From the NCBI GenBank assembly GCA_032718475.1, contig JAUCBJ010002756.1, positions 43,314-107,313 of the forward strand: a stretch of 64,000 nt of DNA, read 5' to 3'. This document shows, one piece after another, positions 23,955-39,200 of the stretch. The translations under genes were made by a program, and so were the position numbers. The notes beneath the pieces are model-generated. The model had not been told where the DNA came from, ran no database searches, and saw only the letters and a list, made by a program, of their open reading frames with translations. This DNA comes from Nemertoderma westbladi. Taxonomy: Eukaryota > Animalia > Xenacoelomorpha. Numbering within the stretch: the stretch's first letter is position 1; each line of letters opens with the position of its first letter.

Positions 23955-24068
23955 CTTGGTATTGGTAATGGAGTTCCGATCGGGTCCTTGGTCCACAGAC
24001 TGTAGCGTAACCAACGTCGGTAGTCGAACCATTGAAAGGTTCGAATCCCCAGAACCATGTGACCGCTT
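23955..24068 (-). CDS. Putative exon 2
   Basis: Acceptor TACTTTCATCCAG|; donor AAG|GTAACT; 114 bp. Phase 0-0 (KRSHGSGDSNLSMVRLPTLVTLQSVDQGPDRNSITNTK) is the only frame that continues into exon 3. Confidence 0.7.
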
Positions 24069-24159
24069 CTGGATGAAAGTATACAAATATATTTAACAGG
24101 GAAAAAAATTATACATTATTAGCCGCCTCTGAGTTGCTGATATAAAGACTTTATAAAAT

Positions 24160-24230
24160 TGGACTGGACGGACAATGCCGTTTAGATCCACACAAAACTG
24201 TATGCTAAAGTTCATGGCTCGCCCCACACA
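24160..24230 (+). mobile_element. Remnant 3' end related to the 9160-10765 element
   Basis: GCTAAAGTTCATGGCTCGCCCCACA vs GCTAAGG...TTCGTGGCTCGCCCCACA at 10729-10763; preceded by GGACTGGACGGAC. Confidence 0.45.
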
Positions 24231-24279
24231 ACGATAAGATCAATAGTATTACGAATCAATAATATTATAATATCAAGAA

Positions 24280-27200
24280 CGAAATTTATATCGACTAAAC
24301 TGTAGGAACTCTGGAAGGAGAAAGTATCGAAATCTATATCGACTAAACTGTAGGAACTCTGGAAGGAGAAAGTATCGAAATCTATATTGACTAAACTGTA
24401 GGAACTCTGGAAGGAGAAAGTATCGAAATCTATATAGACTAAACTGTAGGAACTCAAGGAAGCAGAAAGTATCGAAATCTATATCGACTAAACTGTAGGA
24501 ACTCTGGAAGGAGAAAGTATCGAAATCTATATCGACTAAACTGTAGGAACTCTGGAAGGAGAAAGTATCGAAATCTATATCGACTAAACTGTAGGAACTC
24601 TGGAAGGAGAAAGTATCGAAATCTATATCGACTAAACTGTAGGAACTCTGGAAGGAGAAAGTATCGAAATCTATATTGACTAAACTGTAGGAACTCAAGG
24701 AAGCAGAAAGTATCGAAATCTATATCGACTAAATTGTAGGAACTCTGGAAGCAGAAAGTATCGAAATCTATATCGACTAAACTGTAGGAACTCTGGAAGC
24801 ATAAAGTATCGAAATCTATATCGACTAAACTGTAGGAACTCTGGAAGCAGAAAGTATCGAAATCTATATAGACTAAACTGTAGGAACTCATGAAGGAGAA
24901 AGTATCGAAATCTATATCGACTAAACTGTAGGAACTCTGGAAGGAGAAAGTATCGAAATCTATATTGACTAAACTGTAGGAACTCAAGGAAGCAGAAAGT
25001 ATCGAAATCTATATCGACTAAATTGTAGGAACTCTGGAAGCAGAAAGTATCGAAATCTATATCGACTAAACTGTAGGAACTCTGGAAGGAGAAAGTATCA
25101 AAATCTATATCGACTAAACTGTAGGAACTCTGGAAGGAGAAAGTATCGAAATCTATATTGACTAAACTGTAGGAACTCTGGAAGGAGAAAGTATCGAAAT
25201 CTATATTGACTAAACTGTAGGAACTCTGGAAGGAGAAAGTATCGAAATCTATATAGACTAAACTGTAGGAACTCAAGGAAGCAGAAAGTATCGAAATCTA
25301 TATCGACTAAACTGTAGGAACTCTGGAAGGAGAAAGTATCGAAATCTATATCGACTAAACTGTAGGAACTCTGGAAGGAGAAAGTATCGAAATCTATATT
25401 GACTAAACTGTAGGAACTCTGGAAGGAGAAAGTATCGAAATCTATATAGACTAAACTGTAGGAACTCAAGGAAGCAGAAAGTATCGAAATCTATATCGAC
25501 TAAACTGTAGGAACTCTGGAAGGAGAAAGTATCGAAATCTATATCGACTAAACTGTAGGAACTCTGGAAGGAGAAAGTATCGAAATCTATATCGACTAAA
25601 CTGTAGGAACTCTGGAAGGAGAAAGTATCGAAATCTATATCGACTAAACTGTAGGAACTCTGGAAGGAGAAAGTATCGAAATCTATATTGACTAAACTGT
25701 AGGAACTCAAGGAAGCAGAAAGTATCGAAATCTATATCGACTAAATTGTAGGAACTCTGGAAGCAGAAAGTATCGAAATCTATATCGACTAAACTGTAGG
25801 AACTCTGGAAGCATAAAGTATCGAAATCTATATCGACTAAACTGTAGGAACTCTGGAAGCAGAAAGTATCGAAATCTATATAGACTAAACTGTAGGAACT
25901 CATGAAGGAGAAAGTATCGAAATCTATATCGACTAAACTGTAGGAACTCTGGAAGGAGAAAGTATCGAAATCTATATTGACTAAACTGTAGGAACTCAAG
26001 GAAGCAGAAAGTATCGAAATCTATATCGACTAAATTGTAGGAACTCTGGAAGCAGAAAGTATCGAAATCTATATCGACTAAACTGTAGGAACTCTGGAAG
26101 GAGAAAGTATCAAAATCTATATCGACTAAACTGTAGGAACTCTGGAAGGAGAAAGTATCAAAATCTATATCGACTAAACTGTAGGAACTCTGGAAGGAGA
26201 AAGTATCAAAATCTATATCGACTAAACTGTAGGAACTCTGGAAGGAGAAAGTATCAAAATCTATATCGACTAAACTGTAGGAACTCTGGAAGGAGAAAGT
26301 ATCAAAATCTATATCGACTAAACTGTAGGAACTCTGGAAGGAGAAAGTATCAAAATCTATATCGACTAAACTGTAGGAACTCTGGAAGGAGAAAGTATCG
26401 AAATCTATATTGACTAAACTGTAGGAACTCTGGAAGGAGAAAGTATCGAAATCTATATAGACTAAACTGTAGGAACTCTGGAAGGAGAAAGTATCGAAAT
26501 CTATATCGACTAAACTGTAGGAACTCTGGAAGGAGAAAGTATCGAAATCTATATTGACTAAACTGTAGGAACTCTGGAAGGAGAAAGTATCGAAATCTAT
26601 ATAGACTAAACTGTAGGAACTCTGGAAGGAGAAAGTATCGAAATCTATATCGACTAAACTGTAGGAACTCTGGAAGGAGAAAGTATCGAAATCTATATTG
26701 ACTAAACTGTAGGAACTCTGGAAGGAGAAAGTATCGAAATCTATATAGACTAAACTGTAGGAACTCTGGAAGGAGAAAGTATCGAAATCTATATAGACTA
26801 AACTGTAGGAACTCTGGAAGGAGAAAGTATCGAAATCTATATCGACTAAACTGTAGGAACTCTGGAAGGAGAAAGTATCGAAATCTATATTGACTAAACT
26901 GTAGGAACTCTGGAAGGAGAAAGTATCGAAATCTATATAGACTAAACTGTAGGAACTCTGGAAGGAGAAAGTATCGAAATCTATATCGACTAAACTGTAG
27001 GAACTCAAGGAAGCAGAAAGTATCGAAATCTATATCGACTAAACTGTAGGAACTCTGGAAGGAGAAAGTATCAAAATCTATATCGACTAAACTGTAGGAA
27101 CTCTGGAAGGAGAAAGTATCGAAATCTATATCGACTAAACTGTAGGAACTCTGGAAGGAGAAAGTATCGAAATCTATATCGACTAAACTGTAGGAACTCT

Positions 27201-30200
27201 GGAAGGAGAAAGTATCAAAATCTATATCGACTAAACTGTAGGAACTCTGGAAGGAGAAAGTATCAAAATCTATATCGACTAAACTGTAGGAACTCTGGAA
27301 GGAGAAAGTATCAAAATCTATATCGACTAAACTGTAGGAACTCTGGAAGGAGAAAGTATCGAAATCTATATTGACTAAACTGTAGGAACTCTGGAAGGAG
27401 AAAGTATCGAAATCTATATCGACTAAACTGTAGGAACTCTGGAAGGAGAAAGTATCAAAATCTATATCGACTAAACTGTAGGAACTCTGGAAGGAGAAAG
27501 TATCGAAATCTATATTGACTAAACTGTAGGAACTCAAGGAAGCAGAAAGTACCGAAATCTATATCGACTAAACTGTAGGAACTCAAGGAAGCAGAAAGTA
27601 TCGAAATCTATATCGACTAAACTGTAGGAACTCTGGAAGGAGAAAGTATCGAAATCTATATTGACTAAACTGTAGGAACTCAAGGAAGCAGAAAGTATCG
27701 AAATCTATATCGACTAAACTGTAGGAACTCAAGGAAGCAGAAAGTACCGATATCTATATCGACTAAACTGTAGGAACTCAAGGAAGCAGAAAGTATCGAA
27801 ATCTATATCGACTAAACTGTAGGAACCCTGGAAGCAGAAAGTATCGAAATCTATATAGACTAAACTGTAGGAACCCTGGAAGCAGAAAGTATCGAAATCT
27901 ATATAGACTAAACTGTAGGAACTCTGGAAGCATAAAGTATCGAAATCTATATCGACTAAACTGTAGGAACTCTGGAAGGAGAAAGTATCGAAATCTATAT
28001 TGACTAAACTGTAGGAACTCAAGGAAGCAGAAAGTATCGAAATCTATATCGACTAAACTGTAGGAACTCAAGGAAGCAGAAAGTATCGAAATCTATATCG
28101 ACTAAACTGTAGGAACTCTGGAAGGAGAAAGTATCGAAATCTATATCGACTAAACTGTAGGAACTCTGGAAGGAGAAATATCGAAATCTATATTGACTAA
28201 ACTGTAGGAACTCAAGGAAGCAGAAATATCGAAATCTATATCGACTAAACTGTAGGAACTCTGGAAGGAGAAAGTATCGAAATCTATATCGACTAAACTG
28301 TAGGAACTCTGGAAGGAGAAAGTATCGAAATCTATATTGACTAAACTGTAGGAACTCAAGGAAGCAGAAAGTATCGAAATCTATATCGACTAAACTATAG
28401 GAACTCTGGAAGGAGAAAGTATCGAAATCTATATCGACTAAACTGTAGGAACTCTGGAAGGAGAAATATCGAAATCTATATTGACTAAACTGTAGGAACT
28501 CAAGGAAGCAGAAAGTATCGAAATCTATATCGACTAAACTGTAGGAACCCTGGAAGCAGAAATTATCGAAATCTATATAGACTAAACTGTAGGAACCCTG
28601 GAAGCAGAAAGTATCGAAATCTATATCGACTAAACTGTAGGAACTCTGGAAGCAGAAAGTATCTAAATCTATATAGACTAAACTGTAGGAACTCTGGAAG
28701 GAGGAAGTATCGAAATCTATATCGACTAAACTGAAGGAACTCAAGGAAGCAGAAAGTATCGAAATCTATATCGACTAAACTGTAGGAACTCATGAAGCAG
28801 AAAGTATCGAAATCTATATCGACTAAACTGTATGAACTCAAGGAAGCAGAAAGTATCGAAATCTATATCGACTAAACTGTAGGAACCCTGGAAGCAGAAA
28901 GTATCGAAATCTATATCGACTAAACTGTAGGAACTCAAGGAAGCAGAAAGTATCGAAATCTATATAGACTAAACTGTAGGAACTCTGGAAGGAGAAAGTA
29001 TCGAAATATATATCGACTAAACTGTAGGAACTCAAGGAAGCAGAAAGTATCGAAATCTATATAGACTAAACTGTAGGAACTCTGGAAGCAGAAAGTATCG
29101 AAATCTATATCGACTAAACTGTAGGAACTCAAGGAAGCAGAAAGTATCGAAATCTATATCGACTAAACTGTAGGAACTCAAGGAAGCAGAAAGTATCGAA
29201 ATCTATATCGACTAAACTGTAGGAACTCAAGGAAACAGAAAGTATCGAAATCTATATCGACTAAACTGTAGGAATTCAAGGAAGCAGAAAGTATCGAAAT
29301 CTATATCGACTAAACTGTATGAACTCAAGGAAACAGAAAGTATCGAAATCTATATCGACTAAACTGTATGAACTCAAGGAAGCAGAAAGTATCGAAATCT
29401 ATATAGACTAAACTGTAGGAACCCTGGAAGCAGAAAGTATCGAAATCTATATCGACTAAACTGTAGGAACCCTGGAAGCAGAAAGTATCGAAATCTATAT
29501 CGACTAAACTGTAGGAACTCTGGAAGGAGAAAGTATCGAAATCTATATTGACTAAACTGTATGAACTCAAGGAAACAGAAAGTATCGAAATCTATATCGA
29601 CTAAACTGTAGGAACTCAAGGAAGCAGAAAGTATCGAAATCTATATCGACTAAACTGTAGGAACCCTGGAAGCAGAAAGTATCGAAATCTATATAGACTA
29701 AACTGTAGGAACTCTGGAAGGAGAAAGTATCTAAATCTATATTGACTAAACTGTATGAACTCAAGGAAACAGAAAGTATCGAAATCTATATCGACTAAAC
29801 TGTAGGAACTCAAGGAAGCAGAAAGTACCGAAATCTATATCGACTAAACTGTAGGAACCCTGGAAGCAGAAAGTATCGAAATCTATATCGACTAAACTGT
29901 AGGAACCCTGGAAGCAGAAAGTATCGAAATCTATATAGACTAAACTGTAGGAACTCTGGAAGGAGAAAGTATCGAAATCTATATTGACTAAACTGTAGGA
30001 ACTCAAGGAAGCAGAAAGTATCGAAATCTATATCGACTAAACTGTAGGAACTCAATGAAGGAGAAAGTATCGAAATCTATATCGACTAAACTGTAGGAAC
30101 TCTGGAAGGAGAAAGTATCGAAATCTATATTGACTAAACTGTAGGAACTCAAGGAAGCAGAAAGTATCGAAATCTATATCGACTAAACTGTAGGAACTCA

Positions 30201-33200
30201 ATGAAGGAGAAAGTATCAAAATCTATATCGACTAAACTGTAGGAACTCAAGGAAGCAGAAAGTATCGAAATCTATATCGACTAAACTGTAGGAACTCAAG
30301 GAAGCAGAAAGTATCGAAATCTATATCGACAAAACTGTAGGAACTCTGGAAGGAGAAAGTATCGAAATCTATATCGACTAAACTGTAGGAACTCATGAAG
30401 GAGAAAGTATCGAAATCTATATAGACTAAACTGTAGGAACCCTGGAAGCAGAAAGTATCGAAATCTATATCGACTAAACTGTAGGAACTCACGAAGGAGA
30501 AAGTATCGAAATCTATATAGACGAAACTGTAGGAACCCTGGAAGCAGAAAGTATCGAAATCTATATCGACTAAACTGTAGGAACTCTGGAAGGAGAAAGT
30601 ATCGAAATCTATATTGACTAAACTGTAGGAACTCAAGGAAGCAGAAAGTATCGAAATCTATATCGACTAAACTGTAGAAACTCAATGAAGGAGAAAGTAT
30701 CGAAATCTATATCGACTAAACTGTAGGAACTCAAGGAAGCAGAAAGTATCGAAATCTATATCGACTAAACTGTAGGAACTCAAGGAAGCAGAAAGTATCG
30801 AAATCTATATCGACTAAACTGTAGGAACTCTGGAAGGAGAAAGTATCGAAATCTATATCGACTAAACTGTAGGAACTCATGAAGGAGAAAGTATCGAAAT
30901 CTATATATACTAAACTGTAGGAACCCTGGAAGCAGAAAGTATCGAAATCTATATCGACTAAACTGTAGGAACTCATGAAGGAGAAAGTATCGAAATCTAT
31001 ATAGACTAAACTGTAGGAACCCTGGAAGCAGAAAGTATCGAAATCTATATCGACTAAATTGTAGGAACTCTGGAAGGAGAAAGTATCAAATCTATATTGA
31101 CTAAACTGTAGGAACTCAAGGAAGCAGAAAGTATCGAAATCTATATCGACTAAACTGTAGGAACTCAATGAAGGAGAAAGTATCGAAATCTATATCGACT
31201 AAACTGTAGGAACTCAAGGAAGCAGAAAGTATCGAAATCTATATCGACTAAACTGTAGGAACTCAAGGAAGCAGAAAGTATCGAAATCTATATCGACTAA
31301 ACTGTAGGAACTCTGGAAGGAGAAAGTATCGAAATCTATATCGACTAAACTGTAGGAACTCATGAAGGAGAAAGTATCGAAATCTATATAGACTAAACTG
31401 TAGGAACCCTGGAAGCAGAAAGTATCGAAATCTATATCGACTAAACTGTAGGAACTCTGGAAGGAGAAAGTATCGAAATCTATATTGACTAAACTGTAGG
31501 AACTCTGGAAGCAGAAAGTATCGAAATCTATATCGACTAAACTGTAGGAACTCTGGAAGGAGAAAGTATCGAAATCGATATAGACTAAACTGTAGGAACT
31601 CAAGGAAGCAGAAAGTATCGAAATCTATATCGACTAAACTGTAGGAACTCAAGGAAGCAGAAAGTATCGAAATCTATATCGACTAAACTGTAGGAACTCT
31701 GGAAGGAGAAAGTATCGAAATCTATATAGACTAAACTGTAGGAACCCTGGAAGCAGAAAGTATCGAAATCTATATTGACTAAACTGTAGGAACTCTGGAA
31801 GGAGAAAGTATCGAAATCTATATCGACTAAACTGTAGGAACTCTGGAAGGAGAAAGTATCGAAATCTATATTGACTAAACTGTAGGAACTCAAGGAAGCA
31901 GAAAGTATCGAAATCTATATCGACTAAACTGTAGGAACTCATGAAGGAGAAAGTATCGAAATCTATATAGACTAAACTGTAGGAACCCTGGAAGCAGAAA
32001 GTATCGAAATCTATATCGACTAAACTGTAGGAACTCTGGAAGGAGAAAGTATCGAAATCTATATTGACTAAACTGTAGGAACTCTGGAAGCAGAAAGTAT
32101 CGAAATCTATATCGACTAAACTGTAGGAACTCTGGAAGGAGAAAGTATCGAAATCGATATAGACTAAACTGTAGGAACTCTGGAAGCAGAAAGTATCGAA
32201 ATCTATATCGACTAAACTGTAGGAACTCAAGGAAGCAGAAAGTATCGAAATCTATATCGACTAAACTGTAGGAACTCATGAAGCAGAAAGTATCGAAATC
32301 TATATCGACTAAACTGTAGGAACTCTGAAAGCAGAAAGTATCGAAATCTATATTGACTAAACTGTAGGAACTCAAGGAAGCAGAAAGTATCGAAATCTAT
32401 ATCGACTAAACTGTAGGAACTCATGAAGGAGAAAGTATCGAAATCTATATAGACTAAACTGTAGGAACCCTGGAAGCAGAAAGTATCGAAATCTATATCG
32501 ACTAAACTGTAGGAACTCTGGAAGGAGAAAGTATCGAAATCTATATAGACTAAACTGTAGGAACTCAAGGAAGCAGAAAGTATCGAAATCTATATCGACT
32601 AAACTGTAGGAATTCAAGGAAGCAGAAAGTATCGAAATCTATATCGACTAAACTGTAGGAACTCTGGAAGGAGAAAGTATCGAAATCTATATTGACTAAA
32701 CTGTAGGAACTCTGGAAGCAGAAAGTATCGAAATCTATATCGACTAAACTGTAGGAACTCTGGAAGGAGAAAGTATCGAAATCGATATAGACTAAACTGT
32801 AGGAACTCTGGAAGCAGAAAGTATCGAAATCTATATCGACTAAACTGTAGGAACTCAAGGAAGCAGAAAGTATCGAAATCTATATCGACTAAACTGTAGG
32901 AACTCAAGGAAGCAGAAAGTATCGAAATCTATATCGACTAAACTGTAGGAACTCTGAAAGCAGAAAGTATCGAAATCTATATCGACTAAACTGTAGGAAC
33001 TCAAGGAAGGAGAAAGTATCGAAATCTATATAGACTAAACTGTAGGAACCCTGAAAGCAGAAAGTATCGAAATCTATATTGACTAAACTGTAGAAACTCA
33101 AGGAAGGAGAAAGTATCGAAATCTATATAGACTAAACTGTAGGAACTCTGGAAGCAGAAAGTATCGAAATCTATATTGACTAAACTGTAGGAACTCTGGA

Positions 33201-36200
33201 AGGAGAAAGTATCGAAATCTATATAGACTAAACTGTAGGAACACTGGAAGCAGAAAGTATCGAAATCTATATTGACTAAACTGTAGGAACCCTGGAAGCA
33301 GAAAGTATCGAAATCTATATCGACTAAACTGTAGGAACTCTGGAAGGAGAAAGTATCGAAATCTATATTGACTAAACTGTAGGAACTCAAGGAAGCAGAA
33401 AGTATCGAAATCTATATCGACTAAACTGTAGAAACTCAATGAAGGAGAAAGTATCGAAATCTATATCGACTAAACTGTAGGAACTCAAGGAAGCAGAAAG
33501 TATCGAAATCTATATCGACTAAACTGTAGGAACTCAAGGAAGCAGAAAGTATCGAAATCTATATCGACTAAACTGTAGGAACTCTGGAAGGAGAAAGTAT
33601 CGAAATTTATATCGACTAAACTGTAGGAACTCATGAAGGAGAAAGTATCGAAATCTATATATACTAAACTGTAGGAACCCTGGAAGCAGAAAGTATCGAA
33701 ATCTATATCGACTAAACTGTAGGAACTCATGAAGGAGAAAGTATCGAAATCTATATAGACTAAACTGTAGGAACCCTGGAAGCAGAAAGTATCGAAATCT
33801 ATATCGACTAAATTGTAGGAACTCTGGAAGGAGAAAGTATCAAATCTATATTGACTAAACTGTAGGAACTCAAGGAAGCAGAAAGTATCGAAATCTATAT
33901 CGACTAAACTGTAGGAACTCAATGAAGGAGAAAGTATCGAAATCTATATCGACTAAACTGTAGGAACTCAAGGAAGCACAAAGTATCGAAATCTATATCG
34001 ACTAAACTGTAGGAACTCAAGGAAGCAGAAAGTATCGAAATCTATATCGACTAAACTGTAGGAACTCTGGAAGGAGAAAGTATCGAAATCTATATCGACT
34101 AAACTGTAGGAACTCATGAAGGAGAAAGTATCGAAATCTATATAGACTAAACTGTAGGAACCCTGGAAGCAGAAAGTATCGAAATCTATATCGACTAAAC
34201 TGTAGGAACTCTGGAAGGAGAAAGTATCGAAATCTATATTGACTAAACTGTAGGAACTCTGGAAGCAAAAAGTATCGAAATCTATATCGACTAAACTGTA
34301 GGAACTCTGGAAGGAGAAAGTATCGAAATCGATATAGACTAAACTGTAGGAACTCAAGGAAGCAGAAAGTATCGAAATCTATATCGACTAAACTGTAGGA
34401 ACTCAAGGAAGCAGAAAGTATCGAAATCTATATCGACTAAACTGTAGGAACTCTGGAAGGAGAAAGTATCGAAATCTATATAGACTAAACTGTAGGAACC
34501 CTGGAAGCAGAAAGTATCGAAATCTATATTGACTAAACTGTAGGAACTCTGGAAGGAGAAAGTATCGAAATCTATATCGACTAAACTGTAGGAACTCTGG
34601 AAGGAGAAAGTATCGAAATCTATATTGACTAAACTGTAGGAACTCAAGGAAGCAGAAAGTATCGAAATCTATATCGACTAAACTGTAGGAACTCATGAAG
34701 GAGAAAGTATCGAAATCTATATAGACTAAACTGTAGGAACCCTGGAAGCAGAAAGTATCGAAATCTATATCGACTAAACTGTAGGAACTCTGGAAGGAGA
34801 AAGTATCGAAATCTATATTGACTAAACTGTAGGAACTCTGGAAGCAGAAAGTATTGAAATCTATATCGACTAAACTGTAGGAACTCTGGAAGGAGAAAGT
34901 ATCGAAATCGATATAGACTAAACTGTAGGAACTCTGGAAGCAGAAAGTATCGAAATCTATATCGACTAAACTGTAGGAACTCAAGGAAGCAGAAAGTATC
35001 GAAATCTATATCGACTAAACTGTAGGAACTCATGAAGCAGAAAGTATCGAAATCTATATCGACTAAACTGTAGGAACTCTGAAAGCAGAAAGTATCGAAA
35101 TCTATATTGACTAAACTGTAGGAACTCAAGGAAGCAGAAAGTATCGAAATCTATATCGACTAAACTGTAGGAACTCATGAAGGAGAAAGTATCGAAATCT
35201 ATATAGACTAAACTGTAGGAACCCTGGAAGCAGAAAGTATCGAAATCTATATCGACTAAACTGTAGGAACTCTGGAAGGAGAAAGTATCGAAATCTATAT
35301 AGACTAAACTGTAGGAACTCAAGGAAGCAGAAAGTATCGAAATCTATATCGACTAAACTGTAGGAATTCAAGGAAGCAGAAAGTATCGAAATCTCTATCG
35401 ACTAAACTGTAGGAACTCTGGAAGGAGAAAGTATCGAAATCTATATTGACTAAACTGTAGGAACTCTGGAAGCAGAAAGTATCGAAATCTATATCGACTA
35501 AACTGTAGGAACTCTGGAAGGAGAAAGTATCGAAATCGATATAGACTAAACTGTAGGAACTCTGGAAGCAGAAAGTATCGAAATCTATATCGACTAAACT
35601 GTAGGAACTCAAGGAAGCAGAAAGTATCGAAATCTATATCGACTAAACTGTAGGAACTCAAGGAAGCAGAAAGTATCGAAATCTATATCGACTAAACTGT
35701 AGGAACTCTGAAAGCAGAAAGTATCGAAATCTATATCGACTAAACTGTAGGAACTCAAGGAAGGAGAAAGTATCGAAATCTATATAGACTAAACTGTAGG
35801 AACCCTGAAAGCAGAAAGTATCGAAATCCATATTGACTAAACTGTAGAAACTCAAGGAAGGAGAAAGTATCGAAATCTATATAGACTAAACTGTAGGAAC
35901 TCTGGAAGCAGAAATTATCGAAATCTATATTGACTAAACTGTAGAAACTCAAGGAAGGAGAAAGTATCGAAATCTATATAGACTAAACTGTAGGAACACT
36001 GGAAGCAGAAAGTATCGAAATCTATATTGACTAAACTGTAGGAACTCAAGGAAGGAGAAAGTATCAAAATCTATATAGACTAAACTGTAGGAACTCAAGG
36101 AAGGAGAAAGTATCGAAATCTATATAGACTAAACTGTAGGAACACTGGAAGCATAAAGTATCGAAATCTATATCGACTAAACTGTATGAACTCAAGGAAG

Positions 36201-39200
36201 CAGAAAGTATCGAAATCTATATCGACTAAACTGTAGGAACTCAAAAAAGCAGAAAGTATCGAAATCTATATAGACTAAACTGTAGGAACTCAAGGAAGGA
36301 GAAAGTATCGAAATCTATATCGACTAAACTGTAGGAACTCTGGAAGCAGAAAGTATCGAAATCTATATCGACTAAACTGTAGGAACTCAAGGAAGCAGAA
36401 AGTATCGAAATCTATATCGACTAAACTGTAGGAACTCAAGGAAGCAGAAAGTATCTAAATCTATATCGACTAAACTGTAGGAACTCAAGGAAGCAGAAAG
36501 TATCGAAATCTATATCGACTAAACTGTAGGAACTCTGGAAGCAGAAAGTATAGAAATCTATATCGACTAAACTGTAGGAACTCTGGAAGCAGAAAGTATC
36601 GAAATCTATATAGACTAAACTGTAGGAACTCAAAAAAGCAGAAAGTATCGAAATCTATATAGACTAAACTGTAGGAACTCAAGGAAGCAGAAAGTATCGA
36701 AATCTATATCGACTAAACTGTAGGAACTCAAGGAAGCAGAAAGTATCGAAATCTATATCGACTAAACTGTAGGAACTCTGGAAGCATAAAGTATCGAAAT
36801 CTATATCGACTAAACTGTATGAACTCAAGGAAGCAGAAAGTATCGAAATCTATATCGACTAAACTGTAGGAACACTGGAAGCAGAAAGTATCGAAATCTA
36901 TATAGACTAAACTGTAGGAACTCAAGGAAGCAGAAAGTATCGAAATCTATATCGACTAAACTGTAGGAACTCTGGAAGCATAAAGTATCGAAATCTATAT
37001 CGACTAAACTGTATGAACTCAAGGAAGCAGAAAGTATCGAAATCTATATCGACTAAACTGTAGGAACACTGGAAGCAGAAAGTATCGAAATCTATATAGA
37101 CTAAACTGTAGGAACTCAAAAAAGCAGAAAGTATCGAAATCTATATAGACTAAACTGTAGGAACTCTGGAAGCAGAAAGTATCGAAATCTATATCGACTA
37201 AACTGTATGAACTCAAGGAAGCAGAAAGTATCGAAATCTATATCGACTAAACTGTAGGAACACTGGAAGCAGAAAGTATCGAAATCTATATAGACTAAAC
37301 TGTAGGAACTCAAAAAAGCAGAAAGTATCGAAATCTATATAGACTAAACTGTAGGAACTCAAGGAAGCAGAAAGTATCGAAATCTATATCGACTAAACTG
37401 TAGGAACTCAAGGAAGCAGAAAGTATCGAAATCTATATCGACTAAACTGTAGGAACTCTGGAAGCATAAAGTATCGAAATCTATATCGACTAAACTGTAT
37501 GAACTCAAGGAAGCAGAAAGTATCGAAATCTATATCGACTAAACTGTAGGAACACTGGAAGCAGAAAGTATCGAAATCTATATCGACTAAACTGTAGGAA
37601 CTCTGGAAGCAGAAAGTATCGAAATCTATATAGACTAAACTGTAGGAACTCTGGAAGCATAAAGTATCGAAATCTATATCGACTAAACTGTAGGAACTCT
37701 GGAAGCAGAAAGTATCGAAATCTATATAGACTAAACTGTAGGAACTCAAGGAAGCAGAAAGTATCGAAATCTATATCGACTAAACTGTAGGAACTCTGGA
37801 AGCATAAAGTATCGAAATCTATATCGACTAAACTGTATGAACTCAAGGAAGCAGAAAGTATCGAAATCTATATCGACTAAACTGTAGGAACACTGGAAGC
37901 AGAAAGTATCGAAATCTATATCGACTAAACTGTAGGAACACTGGAAGCAGAAAGTATCGAAATCTATATCGACTAAACTGTAGGAACTCTGGAAGCAGAA
38001 AGTATCGAAATCTATATAGACTAAACTGTAGGAACTCAAGGAAGCAGAAAGTATCGAAATCTATATCGACTAAACTGTAGGAACTCTGGAAGCATAAAGT
38101 ATCGAAATCTATATCGACTAAACTGTATGAACTCAAGGAAGCAGAAAGTATCGAAATCTATATCGACTAAACTGTAGGAACTCAAAAAAGCAGAAAGTAT
38201 CGAAATCTATATAGACTAAACTGTAGGAACTCAAGGAAGCAGAAAGTATCGAAATCTATATCGACTAAACTGTAGGAACTCTGGAAGGAGAAAGTATCGA
38301 AATCTAAATCGACTAAACTGTAGGAACTCAAAAAAGCAGAAAGTATCGAAATCTATATCGACTAAACTGTAGGAACTCAAGGAAGCAGAAAGTATCGAAA
38401 TCTATATCGACTAAACTGTAGGAACTCTGGAAGCAGAAAGTATCGAAATCTATATCGACTAAACTGTAGGAACTCTGGAAGGAGAAAGTATCGATATCTA
38501 TATCGACTAAACTGTAGGAACTCTGGAAGCAGAAAGTATCGAAATCTATATCGACTAAACTGTAGGAACTCAAGGAAGCAGAAAGTATCGAAATCTATAT
38601 CGACTAAACTGTAGGAACTCTGGAAGGAGAAAGTATAGAAATCTATATCGACTAAACTGTAGGAACACTGGAAGCAGAAAGTATCGAAATCTATATCGAC
38701 TAAACTGTAGGAACTCTGGAAGCAGAAAGTATCGAAATCTATATAGACTAAACTGTAGGAACTCAAGGAAGCAGAAAGTATCGAAATCTATATCGACTAA
38801 ACTGTAGGAACTCTGGAAGCATAAAGTATCGAAATCTATATCGACTAAACTGTATGAACTCAAGGAAGCAGAAAGTATCGAAATCTATATCGACTAAACT
38901 GTAGGAACTCAAAAAAGCAGAAAGTATCGAAATCTATATAGACTAAACTGTAGGAACTCAAGGAAGCAGAAAGTATCGAAATCTATATCGACTAAACTGT
39001 AGGAACTCTGGAAGGAGAAAGTATCGAAATCTAAATCGACTAAACTGTAGGAACTCAAAAAAGCAGAAAGTATCGAAATCTATATCGACTAAACTGTAGG
39101 AACTCAAGGAAGCAGAAAGTATCGAAATCTATATCGACTAAACTGTAGGAACTCTGGAAGCAGAAAGTATCGAAATCTATATCGACTAAACTGTAGGAAC

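Noticed and set aside
24030-24055. B-box-like GGTTCGAATCCC and TCGAACC...GGTTCGA hairpin
   Set aside because: No properly spaced A box or tRNA fold; the site lies inside putative exon 2 on the opposite strand.
24300-24340. Resemblance of TAGGAACT and AGAAAGTAT to the yeast FRT site
   Set aside because: Only 8-9 bp matches, in the wrong order, with no inverted 13-bp arms around an 8-bp spacer and no recombinase nearby.
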